This document shows, one piece after another, positions 39,968-52,924 of a stretch of DNA of 64,000 nucleotides; positions within the stretch are counted from its first letter, which is position 1; each line of letters begins with the position of its first letter. Below the pieces are notes generated by a model. It was given only the letters and a program-made list of their open reading frames with translations, made no database searches and was not told the origin of the DNA. Source of the DNA: Yuukianura sp. NJ FZ-2021 (taxonomy: Eukaryota); the NCBI GenBank assembly GCA_046563655.1, contig CM102290.1, positions 6,944,001 through 7,008,000 of the forward strand, read 5' to 3'. Made by a program: the position numbers and the translations under genes.

Positions 39968-40559
39968 GGCTGAGTTGCACTTTCATTCTACTCACTCCGA
40001 GGTGGAGGTGGGGGTGGAGGTGGAGGTGGCGGTTTTTGGTGTTGATGGGAAAACAATACTCCCAGTGTATAGTAGTTGTCCAGCAGTTGTCCATCAGTTG
40101 TCCAGTAGTTGACCTTGACACCTTTTCAAGCCAGTTTGCCAGATGTTCAGCTGGAAGCATGTATTGGGAAAACTATTGGTGGTGGAGGTGGAGGTGGCGG
40201 TGGAGGTGGCGGTGGCGGTGGCGGTGGCGGTGGTATTGTGAGTAGGAGATGGAGGACTAACCTAACCTAACCAATCATTTTTGCTTGTTCTCCGCGCCGA
40301 AGGCGCGCGTTAGGTTTGGTTAGCATATAATAACTAAATAACCGAATTTGAAATCCGAGGTAACATATTATGTAACCAAGGAGAGTAGAAATGATTGTTA
40401 CATGCTAACCTAACCTAACCTAACCTATTAACAAAAAACAATGTATATAGTATCCAATCCACTGTCCTCATCCATCTACCACCTGCCACCGCCACCGCCA
40501 CCTCCACCCCCACCTCCACCTCCACCTCGGAGTGAGTAGAATGAAAGTGCAACTCAGCC
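39968..40559. mobile_element. ~590-bp inverted-repeat element with (GGTGGA/C)n subterminal repeats, an internal 11-mer tandem array, TTAGG tracts and a GC hairpin
   Basis: Perfect TIRs GGCTGAGTTGCACTTTCATTCTACTCACTCCGAGGTGGAGGTGG and CCACCTCCACCTCGGAGTGAGTAGAATGAAAGTGCAACTCAGCC. CCAGCAGTTGT-like repeats at ~40070-40113. TAACC repeats at 40258-40272 and ~40406-40425. No TSD visible. Confidence 0.8.
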
Positions 40560-40633
40560 CTTGTGGTAGGCCGGCCACACATAATCAACTAGTGACGGAG
40601 AAAAACTGAAAACAGACACGTCCGTTAAGGAAA

Positions 40634-41967
40634 ATGGCGGAGAGCGGTATTGGTCGCGGCCGTGGAATTCGACGTGGATATGGTATTGCTGCAGGCAAAG
40701 CACGCGAAAACCCTCGTCCTGGGCCTAGTAATGGTGGACCCAATAGAGTGGCCACACTTAGAGACATTTTATTGACGAACCAACCGGATGAAGAATTTAC
40801 AGCTCGTGAATATGTTCCAGTTGTCCCGAAGCCAATGTCAGAAGAGGCTAAAGCGTTATTCATTCCGAAGATTCCTACTGCACCACTTGTGTATCGACTT
40901 CTATTTGAGGAAGAACGAACGAAGCCAAAGTATAACGTGGAGAAGGTGCCGTTCTTCGAACCTTACACTAAAGCTAAGGCAGGTTGCTGTACATTAAGAC
41001 TGAATACTATAAAATTCTAACTTGTTAGTAAGTAAGGACTTAGGTTTGTTGGATTTCTAATTTAACCAAGTTTTACTTGCAATAGGTTGTGATCACCAGT
41101 GTCAAAGATTTGAATGATTTCTACGTCATAAGAGAGGAGGACCAATTCGAAATTGAGAAAATTAATGACAGCTTGACGACCGCGGCAACATTTGGCCTTA
41201 TGCCATACCATCCGATGCGGGAGCAAGTCCCAATCGCATGTGCAGTTAACGACAATGGTCAATGGTAAGAGAGTGACATTCATTTCTGTAGTTTAATACT
41301 GCATCGCTTGGTGAGCACCATATGTATTAAATTGCCTCGTCTTCCTCTTGTAAACCCCATTTAATAAATAGTAGCTTTATTCGGTGTTGCTTTGTTTTCA
41401 GGAGCAGGGTTGAAATATTGCTTATCGAAGAGCCAACGGAAAATTGGGACAAATATAAGCTCTACATCAGATTTATTGACAGCGGAAAGCACGGTGTTGT
41501 TGCGCCCACTGATGTTCGTGCACTTCCGGAATGGACTCTTCAGAAGCCCAGATATGCTCATCGTTGCTCTTTAATCATTCGACCGGTCATGGAAGATTCG
41601 AGCGATGCAACGTTTCAGACGGAGGAAGGGCGCTGGCACCCGGATATTATTAAAGCATTTCAAACGCTCGGGAAATATCGCACAGCGGCAGAACAAACGG
41701 CCCACATGGGATTGGAGCTTTCTTGCTATCGAATCGTAACATTATAAATTGCTTTGGCTGATTATATCACTGTGTCGTTTAACCGTAAGGTATTCATGTA
41801 CTACTATTTCGATTTAGGAAAACCAGCAAAGTGTTGTCGATTTGAAACTGATTTCAAGACTGAAAAGCTGGACTGCTACCCTTGTTGATCATCGAGTAGC
41901 CAAGTGGGCGGAAGGCCTTGGATTTGACACAGAAACTACTGCGAAAACCGAATCGAAGACTAAGTGA
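40634..41967 (+). CDS. Single extended-Tudor-domain protein with an N-terminal RG-rich motif (4 exons)
   Basis: Encodes MAESGIGRGRGIRRGYG..., then VVITSVKDLNDFYV...ACAVNDNGQ|WSRVEIL...LYIRFIDSGKHGVVAPTDVRALPEWTLQKPRYAHRCSL. This matches the extended Tudor pattern V.IT.V.....F.V / W.R..I / F.D.G / LP....P..A..C.L. Stop TGA at 41965-41967. Confidence 0.75.
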
Positions 41968-43022
41968 CCCTTAAGATTTCTCATTTTATGATCAAGGATG
42001 TATTCGTCTGATAGACTGGTACTATTTATCCATGAAGTATTCATTTGTCTGTGAACTCAATAAATTTATCCAGATGCTTACAGTGTTCAAATTTTCTCAG
42101 CGGTCTTATGGCCTTCTTGGATATTCTTGGACTTTTCTGGATTTTCTGGCGAAGAATTTTTTTTTTGCCGTAACAGTGTTCTTTTAAATTTATAGCACAG
42201 AAAAGCCAAACGTACACCCGAGGGAGGTAATCGTTCGATTTAAAACTACTTTTAAATTCCAATTGCAAATCCCTATAACATTGATATTGCCGTCTTAATT
42301 AATAATTGAGTCAAATCCATCTCCATCTACTGTCATCTTTACTTGCCTCCAAGTCGAGTACGAAGTACGTGGCCAAGCTATCCAATGAGGCCCGGAGTTT
42401 TTTTAAAGTTGATTTTATTTACAGACAGGCAGAGGTTCGCATAGCGGGTGCGGCTCTTCTTTTGGTTGAAACCCGCGCCTACGCCTCATCGATCATAGCC
42501 CTCAATTGCACTGAAGCACCGCATCGGCCGTTTAGGAGCCCACACTGCAAGATTGACATCTCTGCTTAGAACTGACAGTGACAGGTCTCATCTCCATTCT
42601 ACTGCTGACATACCGGGTTAGTATCCAGTTTATTGTTTAGTTAAGTTAATAGTTAGTTAAACTGATTAGTTTGTCTGAAATTGTTTGTTTTTTCATACAT
42701 TTCAGACGAGTTTGTTTTCAGCTTTGACCACTGCTGAAGTCAGCCGTGTGAAATTATCTGCCAATTTGGATTCTTACCATTTTTGGTTGAACGCTTAGTT
42801 TTTGACGCTAATTTTGGAACTACGAAGCTCCAAGTGTTCGGCCGACCTGCCACGAGACGGTTATTCTTTACGTATAATTGTATTACATACATAATTGTAG
42901 TACGTTTTTTGTTGTAATTGTTGTATGTGACTAAATACTCTTCAAATTCAATTTTTTTTTGTATTTTGCAGGCTCTACATATAACGAGGAAACACTCCAA
43001 GGCATAACTAAGATCCGTACAG

Positions 43023-43742
43023 ATGGAGACAATCTTCAACATTCCGTTTACACTTCTACAAGTACCTAACTTAAAAATCAAGAAACCGTCATGGGTTGTT
43101 CAGCCCTCAGCGATGGTGGTTTTCTCTTTGGCTCTGTTTTCATATTTTTTGGTAACGGCTGGTACGTCTCAAATGACAGAAGAATTTTCGTAAATGTACT
43201 AGGATGGTTATGGTACCAATCCAAATTTTACCGAGTCGACGTTTCTTATTCAGGTGTAATCTATGATGTGATTGTTGAGCCCCCTGGAGTTGGAACAACT
43301 ACTGATGAAAGAGGAGTCTCACGCCCGGTTAGTTTTTTTTTTATTTGTAAGCGAATTGGTGAATTTGGTATTCAGTGACTGGATTGCTAAATGTGTCTTT
43401 TTGATCAGGTTGCCTTTATGCCGTATCGCGTCAACGGACAATACATTCTGGAAGGTCTTGCTTCAAGTTTTCTATTCACATTCGGTGGTTTAGGGTTCAT
43501 AATATTGTACCGTGTTGATAACACGCCATCTCCCTACAAAAGTCACAGCACCCTGGGGTTCTATATGATGACTGCGGTAGGATTCCTGCTCGTTTTGGTA
43601 TCAATTTTCACAACTCATGTCTTCATGAAAATGAAACTTCCGTAAGTGGCAATTCTAACACTCGATCTTCGTTAACTAAGTAATAGTAGTTTTGAATATA
43701 AATAATACTTTCAATTTCAGTGGCTACTACTTGCATCCTTGA
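43023..43742 (+). CDS. OSTC: Oligosaccharyltransferase complex subunit OSTC/DC2 (4 exons)
   Basis: Encodes [24 protein letters not shown]...[66 protein letters not shown]...FMKMKLP|GYYLHP*. Confidence 0.95.
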
Positions 43743-45677
43743 ATGGCTCATCTAATCATAATACCTGCAACGTCCTTTCACGAGCAAGGGAAGTTAATAT
43801 TATTTTCAACTGTACATTATGAAATGGATGATAATTTAATTTATTGTGCAGGTCAGGAATTAAACTAAATATAATAAACTAACTCATAAGCATATAGATC
43901 TGAAATCTGCAAATATTTACCATTCAATTTTCTCGGTATGGCTAGGGTTGTTGTGGCTCCTGCATCCGGGTCGGATGTTTCTACCGAACCTCTGCTCAGT
44001 TACTCGACCAATGGCCTGGACCAGGCCATTAGCAATCGCTACTTCACAGTTCAATAAACGAGAGCATATTTGGAAGCATTTAAAACCTTTGGCTTTCAGT
44101 TATCCAGATTAATATGAAATCAGATCCTACCTTGCGGCTCGTACGGTTGGGACGACATTGTTGTGACATTTCCTACCACGGATGCTTTTTAAGGGGTTGA
44201 ATTGTACCTAGGGTTTCAAGTACATAGTTTATCCGTGTTCATTCGAAAGGCTCGTTTGTAACGTTTGTGTGACAAATTAAATAATTTTATAGATTTATTG
44301 AAAATTGTTGTATAAAATTGTTTGATCATAATTACTTGAGCGGTGGAAGTGATCGATCATTTAGTGGGAATTTATTAAGTTAGTTTAGTTATATGTCGGC
44401 ACTTTCAAAGAATTTCACGGGACAAAAGAGAGACCCTTCCCTCACTTATATTCAGCCAGCGTAACTTTCCACGCCCTGCATTTTATTTGCGAGGTTGCTT
44501 AGAACTTACGTTAAGTTTTATGGTATGGAAATAAACTTATCTGGAGCATTGTGATCTTTCCGAAGCGTGGTTTAATTAAAACCTTGAAGTCAATCAGAAT
44601 CAATTAATGTCGCAGAAGACTCTGATTCTGAATTCTGAATGGCTATCAGACTAGCTTCTGTGAATTCCCAACTTTATGCATGCCTGATGTCTACTTACAT
44701 AAAGCAAGAGGGGTCCCCCCATAGTCATGGTCTCATGGTAGTCTCGGTTTCCAAGTGAAGGGCTTCCAGTTTTCCAGCAGTTCTCCAGAACTCAAGAAGG
44801 GGAGGTCATTGTGTTCTTCGCTACGAAAACGAACAGCTGACTTACTGTCAATTCGATATTTGATTCCACAACGAGTGGACCGAGGCGTAGTCCAAGGTCA
44901 TGTCAATGTCTTCGGGTAGGGTGATAGTTTGTTAGGAGGCCCAAACAAGTTTTTCGTTCTCACTCCAAACGGGATGTTTTAGACTAGTGTCTATCAATAA
45001 TTATTATCCGCGACGTAATCCACGACCCGCTCAAAATGTCGCCACTTTCGATTTTTGCTCGTGTCCAATCGTTCCGGGTTTTGGTGAGTGTCGTCAAACA
45101 ATACTACTTGGCTAGTTTACGTCTATAACAATTATTTTTGTTATTCTAGCATCATTTTCAAATAATTCCTCATTTGTTGATGATGAATTCCTTTCGAGCA
45201 TGATTTATTTTGGAGTTATATTCTAATTTGTCCTACGTAAATAATGTAAACGTTTGTACATACAGAATGCCCTGCTGGTTCTTCAATTTCAATGTGTATT
45301 AAAGTTTATCTGTTTATCTAATCTTTCTTAAAGTTCAAGGACGACAACCTTGCGCTTGACATTAGCCTGACAATGTTGGTAACACAAGTTTAGTTTAGGT
45401 TGTTACGAAATTCTTCTTGGACGTGACGTTAATCGTCTTTCACCGTCCTTCCCAGGCTCCCTATCTTTTTTTGGGACTACTTTCTGTCAAGAATCGGCGT
45501 CGGCAACGTGAGGTTGTCCAAGTTTGAAGGAATTATTAGGTTTTTTTCAAGAATTTAATTCAGTTGGTATCAAACAGTACTTTTATATTCATATTTCATA
45601 TTCATGACACTCGAAAATGGCAACCTATTTATAACATGTTTGGTCCATATTTTTTATTTAACTGAACACAGGGAAGA

Positions 45678-47767
45678 ATGGCGACTTGCGGACGGAGCAT
45701 TGGGATCCTCCAACGTTTTTCTAGTCATGGACTACATGACAAGGCCCTTCTAAACGGTGCTTGGATCAGTGCAAAGAACAACAAAACATTTGATGTCATC
45801 AATCCAGCCACGGAAGAAGTAATAGCGTCCGTTCCAGACATGGACGATATTGATACTGGACATGCCATTGAAGCAGCTAATGCTGCGTTTAAGCTTTGGA
45901 GGGACACCACTGGAAAGGTTTTTCTTCTACCTCAACTTTTAAATTAAATCATTTAAAACCGAATTGTCAGTTAATGTGTGTGGGTTTTGTTCATTTTAGG
46001 AAAGGTCGCAATTGATGCGACATTGGTACAACTTGGTCATGTCAAAGCAGAAGGAATTGGCTGAAGTGTTGACTTTAGAAAACGGGAAGCCCATTATAGA
46101 AGCTCGGGGAGAAATAAACTACAGTGCTAGTTACATTGAGTTGTATGCCGAAGAAGCTAAAAGAATTCACGTAAGTGGCTTGGTGTATATTTTGTTGATT
46201 AAAGCTAAATGTTCATTATTTAATATTTTCAATTGCAGGGCGAAGTTATCCAAAGTCCTTTCAAAACGAAGCGAATGTTTGCAGTTCGTCAGCCTGTCGG
46301 TGTAGTAGGAATGGTTACTCCGGTATGACTTTGCTCACTTGATCTGAACCGCTAAAAACTGTCGCTCATATTTCATTTTCTTTTCAGTGGAACTTTCCTG
46401 CAGCTATGATTGCCAGAAAAGCCAGTGCTGCTATAGCTGCTGGTTGTACTTGTGTCATTAAACCTGCTGAAGATACGCCCCTCTCCGCTATCTTTTTAGC
46501 AGCGTTAGCCAAGGAAGCTGGAATTCCAGATGGTGTTATCAACGTGGTAACAAGTTCCCGTGACAATGCTGCCAGTGTTGGGACGAAACTCTGCCAGAGT
46601 CCTGACGTCGCAGTAATATCTTTTACGGGTAATACGAAAATGTGGTTAAATTCCGACTTCAGACTTTTAATAAGTTAATTTAGTTAATTTATTAGCTACT
46701 AATATTACCTAACATTTCCTAGGATCTACGAATGTTGGAAAAATACTGTACAAGCAGTGCGCTTCAACTGTCAAGCGTATTTCACTGGAGTTGGGTGGAA
46801 ATGCTCCTTTCATAATTTTTGATTCGGCGGATTTGGACAAAGCTGTTGCAGGCGTAATTGTTTCCAAGTTTAGAAATACTGGACAGGTTGGTCATAAAAT
46901 ACTTTCAAGTATGTTAAGCGATAAAACGTTGTGACATTTTACAATTTCGTACTTTCTCTTTCTAGACTTGCACTTCCACCAATCGCGTTTTTGTTCATGA
47001 AAGTCTCCACGATGAATTTGCAATAAAAATCGTGGACGCCATGAAAAAGTTAGTAGTGGGAAACGGATTGGAAGAAACCACGCACTTGGGGCCGCTAATT
47101 AATAAAGCCCAGTTTAGCAAGGTAACTTAGCTAGAAATTATCAATGAAAACTACCAAATTAATTGTGATCAATACATCAACTGAATTTAGGTTTCGGCTA
47201 TGGTGAATGATGCTGTGTCGAAAGGTGCTAAGGTAGTAACTGGTGGAGACTCTCATTCTTTGGGTAAAACATTTTACCAAACGACTCTTCTGACAAATGT
47301 CAACGCATCCATGCAATGCTACAAAGAGGAAGTCTTTGGGCCTGTCCTCCTAGTCAGAACGTGAGACTAATATGAATCGTCGTTGTATCCAACTTCGTTA
47401 CTTCAGAAAAACTTAGAGTTTACTGAAAATTCTTCCAGGTTCAAGACGGAAAAGGAAGTAATTGAATTGGCAAATGATACAAGAAGTGGACTCGTGGGAT
47501 ACTTTTACAGTAACGACATCGCCCAGATTTGGCGTGTCGCAAGTCACCTCGAGTTTGGAATGGTACGCAAATCACAAGCTTTTATTAGCGAAAAATCTGA
47601 ATGCTAATGCAACATTATGTTTTTAGATTGGAATAAACGAAGGGCTCGTTTCTGCGGCTGAAGCTCCCTTTGGTGGAATCAAGGAATCGGGAATTGGTCG
47701 TGAAGGATCCAAACATGGACTGGATGAATTTACATACATTAAGTATCTTTGCATGGGGAATCTGTAA
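45678..47767 (+). CDS. Ssadh: Mitochondrial succinate-semialdehyde dehydrogenase (ALDH5A1/SSADH), ~9 exons
   Basis: Encodes [86 protein letters not shown], the catalytic region [21 protein letters not shown] and [22 protein letters not shown]. Confidence 0.94.
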
Positions 47768-49168
47768 TTCCTTGGAAGTATCGTGCTGCTGTTAAGGGCT
47801 CAAGGCACCTATTCGTGACGTACATGACGAAAATAGTAACTCATTCCAGTTATACCAACCTCAAGAATGTTGGATCTACTGCTTCTAGCTTCCTACAACT
47901 CGTGCTTGTCTTCCAGTAATCAAAGTCTTCCATTTTTAATTTTTAAGTATCGACTTCTAAACATTAATTCCTGTTTATTCCATTTGTGATTGTAGTCATT
48001 TTAATGTCGCGCATTTATGTGATAACGAAATCTTTAACTCAATTTTAGTAAATATTCATTTTCAATTGACCAATTTACCATTTTTCACGTATTCGGCAAT
48101 TCAAACACAATGTTCGGTTGCACGTTAGGGTGCAATTGCCAAATGAATCTGGAAACAAGAGTTCGAAAAATGGTTTGAACGACACGCATATTTTTTTGTT
48201 ATAAGAATTAAGGGCAATCGCTCACGTTTTTGAAAGCGCTTTAAATTATTGTTATTATTTTTATTTTGTTTTGGCATACTACAAGATTCCACGAAAAGTT
48301 TGTGTAAAATTCTGGGTTTGTGCCAAATCCATTCCAGTTTCAATTCCATTCCGTTTGTAAGTAATTTAACAGTGATGTTTGCCAACACAGCTCCTGCGTT
48401 ACGGTCAATTTGGTGAAATTTTGGCCATAAAACAACGCCTATCATGGAAACATATTTGCGCTGAATCTTTAATGCCCGTACAAGTGTGGTAAAGCTTTGT
48501 TGTAAAAAACGAGCAATACTTGGGATAAAAAAAATTTTTTGTTATTATGCATGTCAACATTGAATTCAAGCGTATGACAGAAAAGTGGTTTACTGATTGG
48601 AAGGAAGTGCTGTGATGATTTCAAAGTTAATGGAACAATGGAAAAATATGTTCAGTTCCAAATTGCAGCACAAACAAACTGTGTCTTGATTGTTGTTTTC
48701 TTAACCGCTGGAGCCAATAGGATTTCATTTAGCATGAATTTAACTATGATTCAACATGGGTGGAAGCGCTGAAGCCTCATTTCAATTGTCATTTTATCAG
48801 GGAACATTAGGAGATAGATTAGATTCGGATTGTGAACTGAATTCTAAGCTGCATCCCAGTCACCGTCACCCAATTCCAGTCCAGCTACAATTTTCAATGG
48901 TGGCGCATACTAGGAACTCTCAATTGCCGTAGAAAGTAGTGTCAGAACCTAAAGTGTCAACTAAAATACTGCAAGTTGGAGTGATCAAAACGATTCTCAG
49001 ACATTGCGCATGCGAGTTACCCAAAAAATGCCAACTTCTGAAGAAAATACGGCCTGCTTTCGGGGTCATGCATTCTAACAGTCTCCGTTTTTCGATATTT
49101 AGTTACTGAAAAGTCAAGTATCCACAGTGAAAATTAGCCAAGGTCATTGACCTTGTTGACGCCAAAGT

Positions 49169-50450
49169 ATGGAGAGGGATTATGTGTTGTTGGGCATACT
49201 GAGTCTTAGCGCAGTCCTTCATTTCGTGTCTATTGTACTAGGAGTTCTGTCGTATACGATTACTGGAGGTAAAGTATTCATGAACTTCAAATATTTTCTA
49301 CTGAAAGTTAATTTAAGTTTAACTTCCAACTTTGTGTTCTGATTTAAAGCACCATTTCAAAATCTGTCGCCAACATTGACGGAGAAATACGCCACTCAAT
49401 TTTCACCGGAGACTTGGATTTACATTTTTTGGAATTCAATTCTCTGGATATGGACGACACTCATCTTCGTTTACTGTAAGCCAATGCAATTGTTGTATTT
49501 TGTACAATATTATATATTGTTGTTGAAATGTCCACTTTGTTAAACTAATTAACTAGTCTTAATGCCTTTTCATTTTGAATTTAGTGGGTGTGAACGTGTT
49601 TCGAGAAAACAAGGATGGCAAGATGTACTGCAATCCGCCACTTGTGACCCGAGAAATCGCTGGACTCATGTCCGTCAGCGCTGTTCTTCATGTCGTTTGG
49701 CTCTTTGTCTGGGACATGGAAGAGTTAGCGGCAACAGTCGTCGTGCTGTTCTTCCTTATGGCATCCAGTTGGGCCACGGCCGCCATTTTTACGTTCAGGT
49801 ATTGTCTGACAATGAAATTCAAAGTGATCAGAATGTTTGGCGTTTGCTAATGTGTTTTAATTTCAGATTTTGGAAGGCCACGCCCTTTTTATTCCATCAC
49901 ACAAGACTGGACTTGTGGATTTTCCGAATTCTCGTTCAAAATGGACTCGGAGCGTATGCCACTTGGGTGACTCTTGAATTCCTCATCAAATTAAGCGTAG
50001 CATTGAGCTTGAGCTACGAAAGTGAAGCAGTCGATGGCTACCCAACGCCATCTATCATTGCCATTATCATCCTCAACTTTGTTCTGGCCATCTTGTTTCC
50101 CTTTGAAATGATCTCCTGGGAGAAAGCAGTGCGCTACTTAATTTCCCCAATTACGGGTAACACACATTTAGCTTAGCATTGTATGCATTTCCAGATTGGT
50201 TATTACTCCTGGGAGTGCATACTTTGGTTAAAAGTATAGCAGTAGTGCCAACGTTCTTCTGGTTCCGTTTTCAGTTGTTCTCTGGGTCATGGCGTCCACT
50301 TACGTTCGATTGCTGAGTGTACAGTACTACGACGAAACAGTTGAAGTGTATGCGTTGGTGATGCTGGTGATTTCAACTCTCGTCTGGCTGGGGCGATGTG
50401 CGAATATGGTCATCCGTCACTTCAGGAATCCACTGGTTCCTTATGTCTAA
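49169..50450 (+). CDS. Uncharacterised multi-pass membrane protein (5 exons)
   Basis: In-frame hydrophobic exons with GT/AG boundaries encode MERDYVLLGILSLSAVLHF..., LTEKYATQFSPETWIYIFW, VLHVVWLFVWDME and DLWIFRILVQNGLGAYATWVT. These resemble, from memory, the animal 'Y.T..TP..W.F.IW / NG...YATW' uncharacterised family. Confidence 0.8.
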
Positions 50451-51088
50451 AGTTAACAGGGCGATGATGCTGAAATTCTTCAAACTTCGGAATCGACATA
50501 GCGGCATCAGCTTCACAACTGGAAATCAACGACGTTGGGCCAACGAAATCAACACGACAAACAGGGGTGCCATCATTTTAAAAGAAAAACAACTCCAGCA
50601 ACTTCACGTTAAAAATTGTTCTTAAAAAAAACTTCGCAAACTTTCTTAACCAAAAATTAATGAAGCAGAACACAACGGTGAATTTGTATTTTAGTTACTG
50701 GTTTATTTAAGCACGAAATCCAAAGGCAAAAACTTACGTACTTAATTCATTGTGACAAAGTATTGGAATCAATCTAATCGAAGAAACAAAAAGTCTAAAC
50801 TAAAGTCTGGATACGAATTCTACACAGTTAATTGTTGTTCAGAACAATAACAGGAAAGAAAACATAAGAATACTGAACAAAGCTTTGCACTACAGTAAAC
50901 ATTAATCGAACTTGCAAACTTCTAATATTCTTTAGACAATAAATTAATTTCACAGCGTTGAAGCTATACTTAATGAACCAATAGCTGGATTCCTTAGCTT
51001 TAACAAAATAAGTTTAACACTGGGTGCTCAAAAATTAATTAGAAGTGTTTAAATGCTAACAAAATGCCTACGTGCTAAAGTGTAGTAA

Positions 51089-52708
51089 CTAGTTTCCGGA
51101 AGTACTCGTCACCTCGTTGTGAAGAAGTTCATTTGAATCAAGGTGAAACGGGAATCAGAGTCCAGACTGGTGATGGTGCAAAGTTCATCTGGATTGGAAG
51201 GCGAACGTCGTCAACTGGCATCCAGCTTCAGAATCTGGAAATTTGAAACCAAAATTGTAATTAGTAAGGCCAGTTGCCAACGATATCTCAAACATTGACT
51301 TGCTTTATGGTTGCATTTGACGTATACTTACCACTATTCAATTGAAGGCCAAAATTAGGCTTGATAGTTAATTAGAAATGAGGCCCGTCTCCATCCTACA
51401 GCATGTCGCAGAACGTCCTGGAATCCAAAAAAGAAACAGTTTTTAGTGCTAAAGTCTTATGGACTTGGAACAATTGATTCGGTGGTAATTGTACACAGTG
51501 ACTTACATCAATTGGATGTCCAAAATATCTTCAATCTCCGGCTGTAGAACGAGAACATCCAAGTCCGTGTCTTCGGTAATAGTCGGTGCTGGCCGCCATC
51601 CGCCTTCCAACAAAGAAAGCCAATCGGTGGGACTCGGAGGAGGTTCGCAGCCTATGTGCTCGGTTTCGTTCACTTCTAGATGCAGCGACATCTGAAACAA
51701 AAAAAAGTCAAAGTTAGAACACGGCTTGAGTGTGATGGTACTGGCGTTAGTCAGCATCGGCCAAAGTAAACTTACTCTTTTGGATACATTGATCCTGGGA
51801 ATGCTGTAACTGCAAAATTTCTCCCGAAATTTGAGGATGAACGGTAGAAGAGGGTCTTCAAAAGAGCAGTTCCGCATGTAGGGTGGAAATGTAGCTGCTT
51901 CGGCTGGTGGGGGGTCCAAGCCGAAAAACTTGCACCAATGTACTAATGCCTCGAAGTACTTGGCCGATCGTTCTGGTGAAACTGGACTTGGGTGTGGTTG
52001 AGATACCGTTCCCCGAGCTACTTCTTTGACGAGACGCAAGATCCGACTTTTGGGGTCAAGTGGCTTGATCTTAATGATGTTGTCTTGTTGCTGCTTCACA
52101 ACCAGACTGCCACTGGATTTTGAAATTACACGTAGTGGATCGTTGACAAGACCCCGGACTGGTCCGGGATTGCTTCTGCGCCAATGGAACTGGTCGTAGG
52201 AGTTGACGGTACGTGGTGAAGTCGGCAGGATTTGGACACTCTGCGGTGGTACGTAGTAGTGACTCGGACGAATAGGCTGTCCATTGACACATCCATGACC
52301 GCCACCGGGTTTTTGTTCGATTCCATACCCGTAGCCGCTGAGGGGTGACGCTGGCGCTGCAGGCTTACGATTCACCGTGTGTGTTCCAGGCGGCGTCGTT
52401 GGAATGTAGACGTAGTCAATGAACGTGGATGGTATGACTGGCGGACTATGATCTTCCGTCGAATCGTCGGAAAATGGGAATCGAGTGTCGCTTCCACTGC
52501 TGCTCGCGTCGTTTCGATGACCTCTGCGGGAACGATGCCTCCTGTGTTTCCTCCCATGGTGCTTATTCTTCTTGTGCTTGCGGTGGCGATGCTTCTTGTC
52601 CTCGTTTTGCCCAGGCTTCAACTTCGGCTGGAGCATCAAAACTGGCGGTGATGTTGCCTGCTGGTTCGTTGAACATGACATATCATCTGTAAACGTCATG
52701 ACATCCAT
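51089..52708 (-). CDS. Uncharacterised protein with a His/Lys/Arg-rich basic patch and a Pro/Ser-rich N-terminus (~4 exons)
   Basis: 401-codon ORF 52708-51503 with a probable retained intron (~51693-51775). Downstream exons at ~51417-51332 and ~51234-51089 have GT/AG sites. No family recognised. Confidence 0.6.
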
Positions 52709-52875
52709 TGCAACTCAAAATCTGCAGCCTGATCAGTGAAATGTTCAGCAACAAGCTTTTTCAAAATGGCAGCGAGGTCCTCCTCCGTCGATGGTCAGTT
52801 CATGACTGAGACAAAGGAAGTTTCAAAATGGGGAATGTGTAACAAAGAACTACCTGTAGAACGACCTTCCTTCAC

Positions 52876-52924
52876 TCTGATTGGTCCTTGAGTTTCACAT
52901 GACGTTTCTTGGGGACCAATCAGA
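52876..52924. promoter_or_regulatory. Inverted pair of CCAAT (NF-Y) boxes flanking a TGACGT half-CRE, upstream of the minus-strand gene at 52708
   Basis: TCTGATTGGTCC (52876-52887) and GGACCAATCAGA (52913-52924) are exact reverse complements, with ATGACGT between them. Confidence 0.5.

Noticed and set aside
39946..40245. ORF with WRWRWR repeats
   Set aside because: Translation of the (GGTGGA/C)n microsatellite inside the inverted-repeat element.
40258..40425. TTAGG/CCTAA tracts as a telomere or chromosome-fusion relic
   Set aside because: Only 3-4 units each, internal to a TIR element.
43918..44950. Exon-like minus-strand segments and a 21-bp palindrome (AATGGCCTGG-A-CCAGGCCATT) between OSTC and SSADH
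   Set aside because: I could not build a consistent reading frame, and one implied intron is only ~25 nt. Needs RNA-seq.
46870..46990. SSADH lacks the second (redox-switch) Cys next to the catalytic Cys (TCTS versus human TCVC)
   Set aside because: As far as I recall insect SSADH also lacks it, so it is not unusual.
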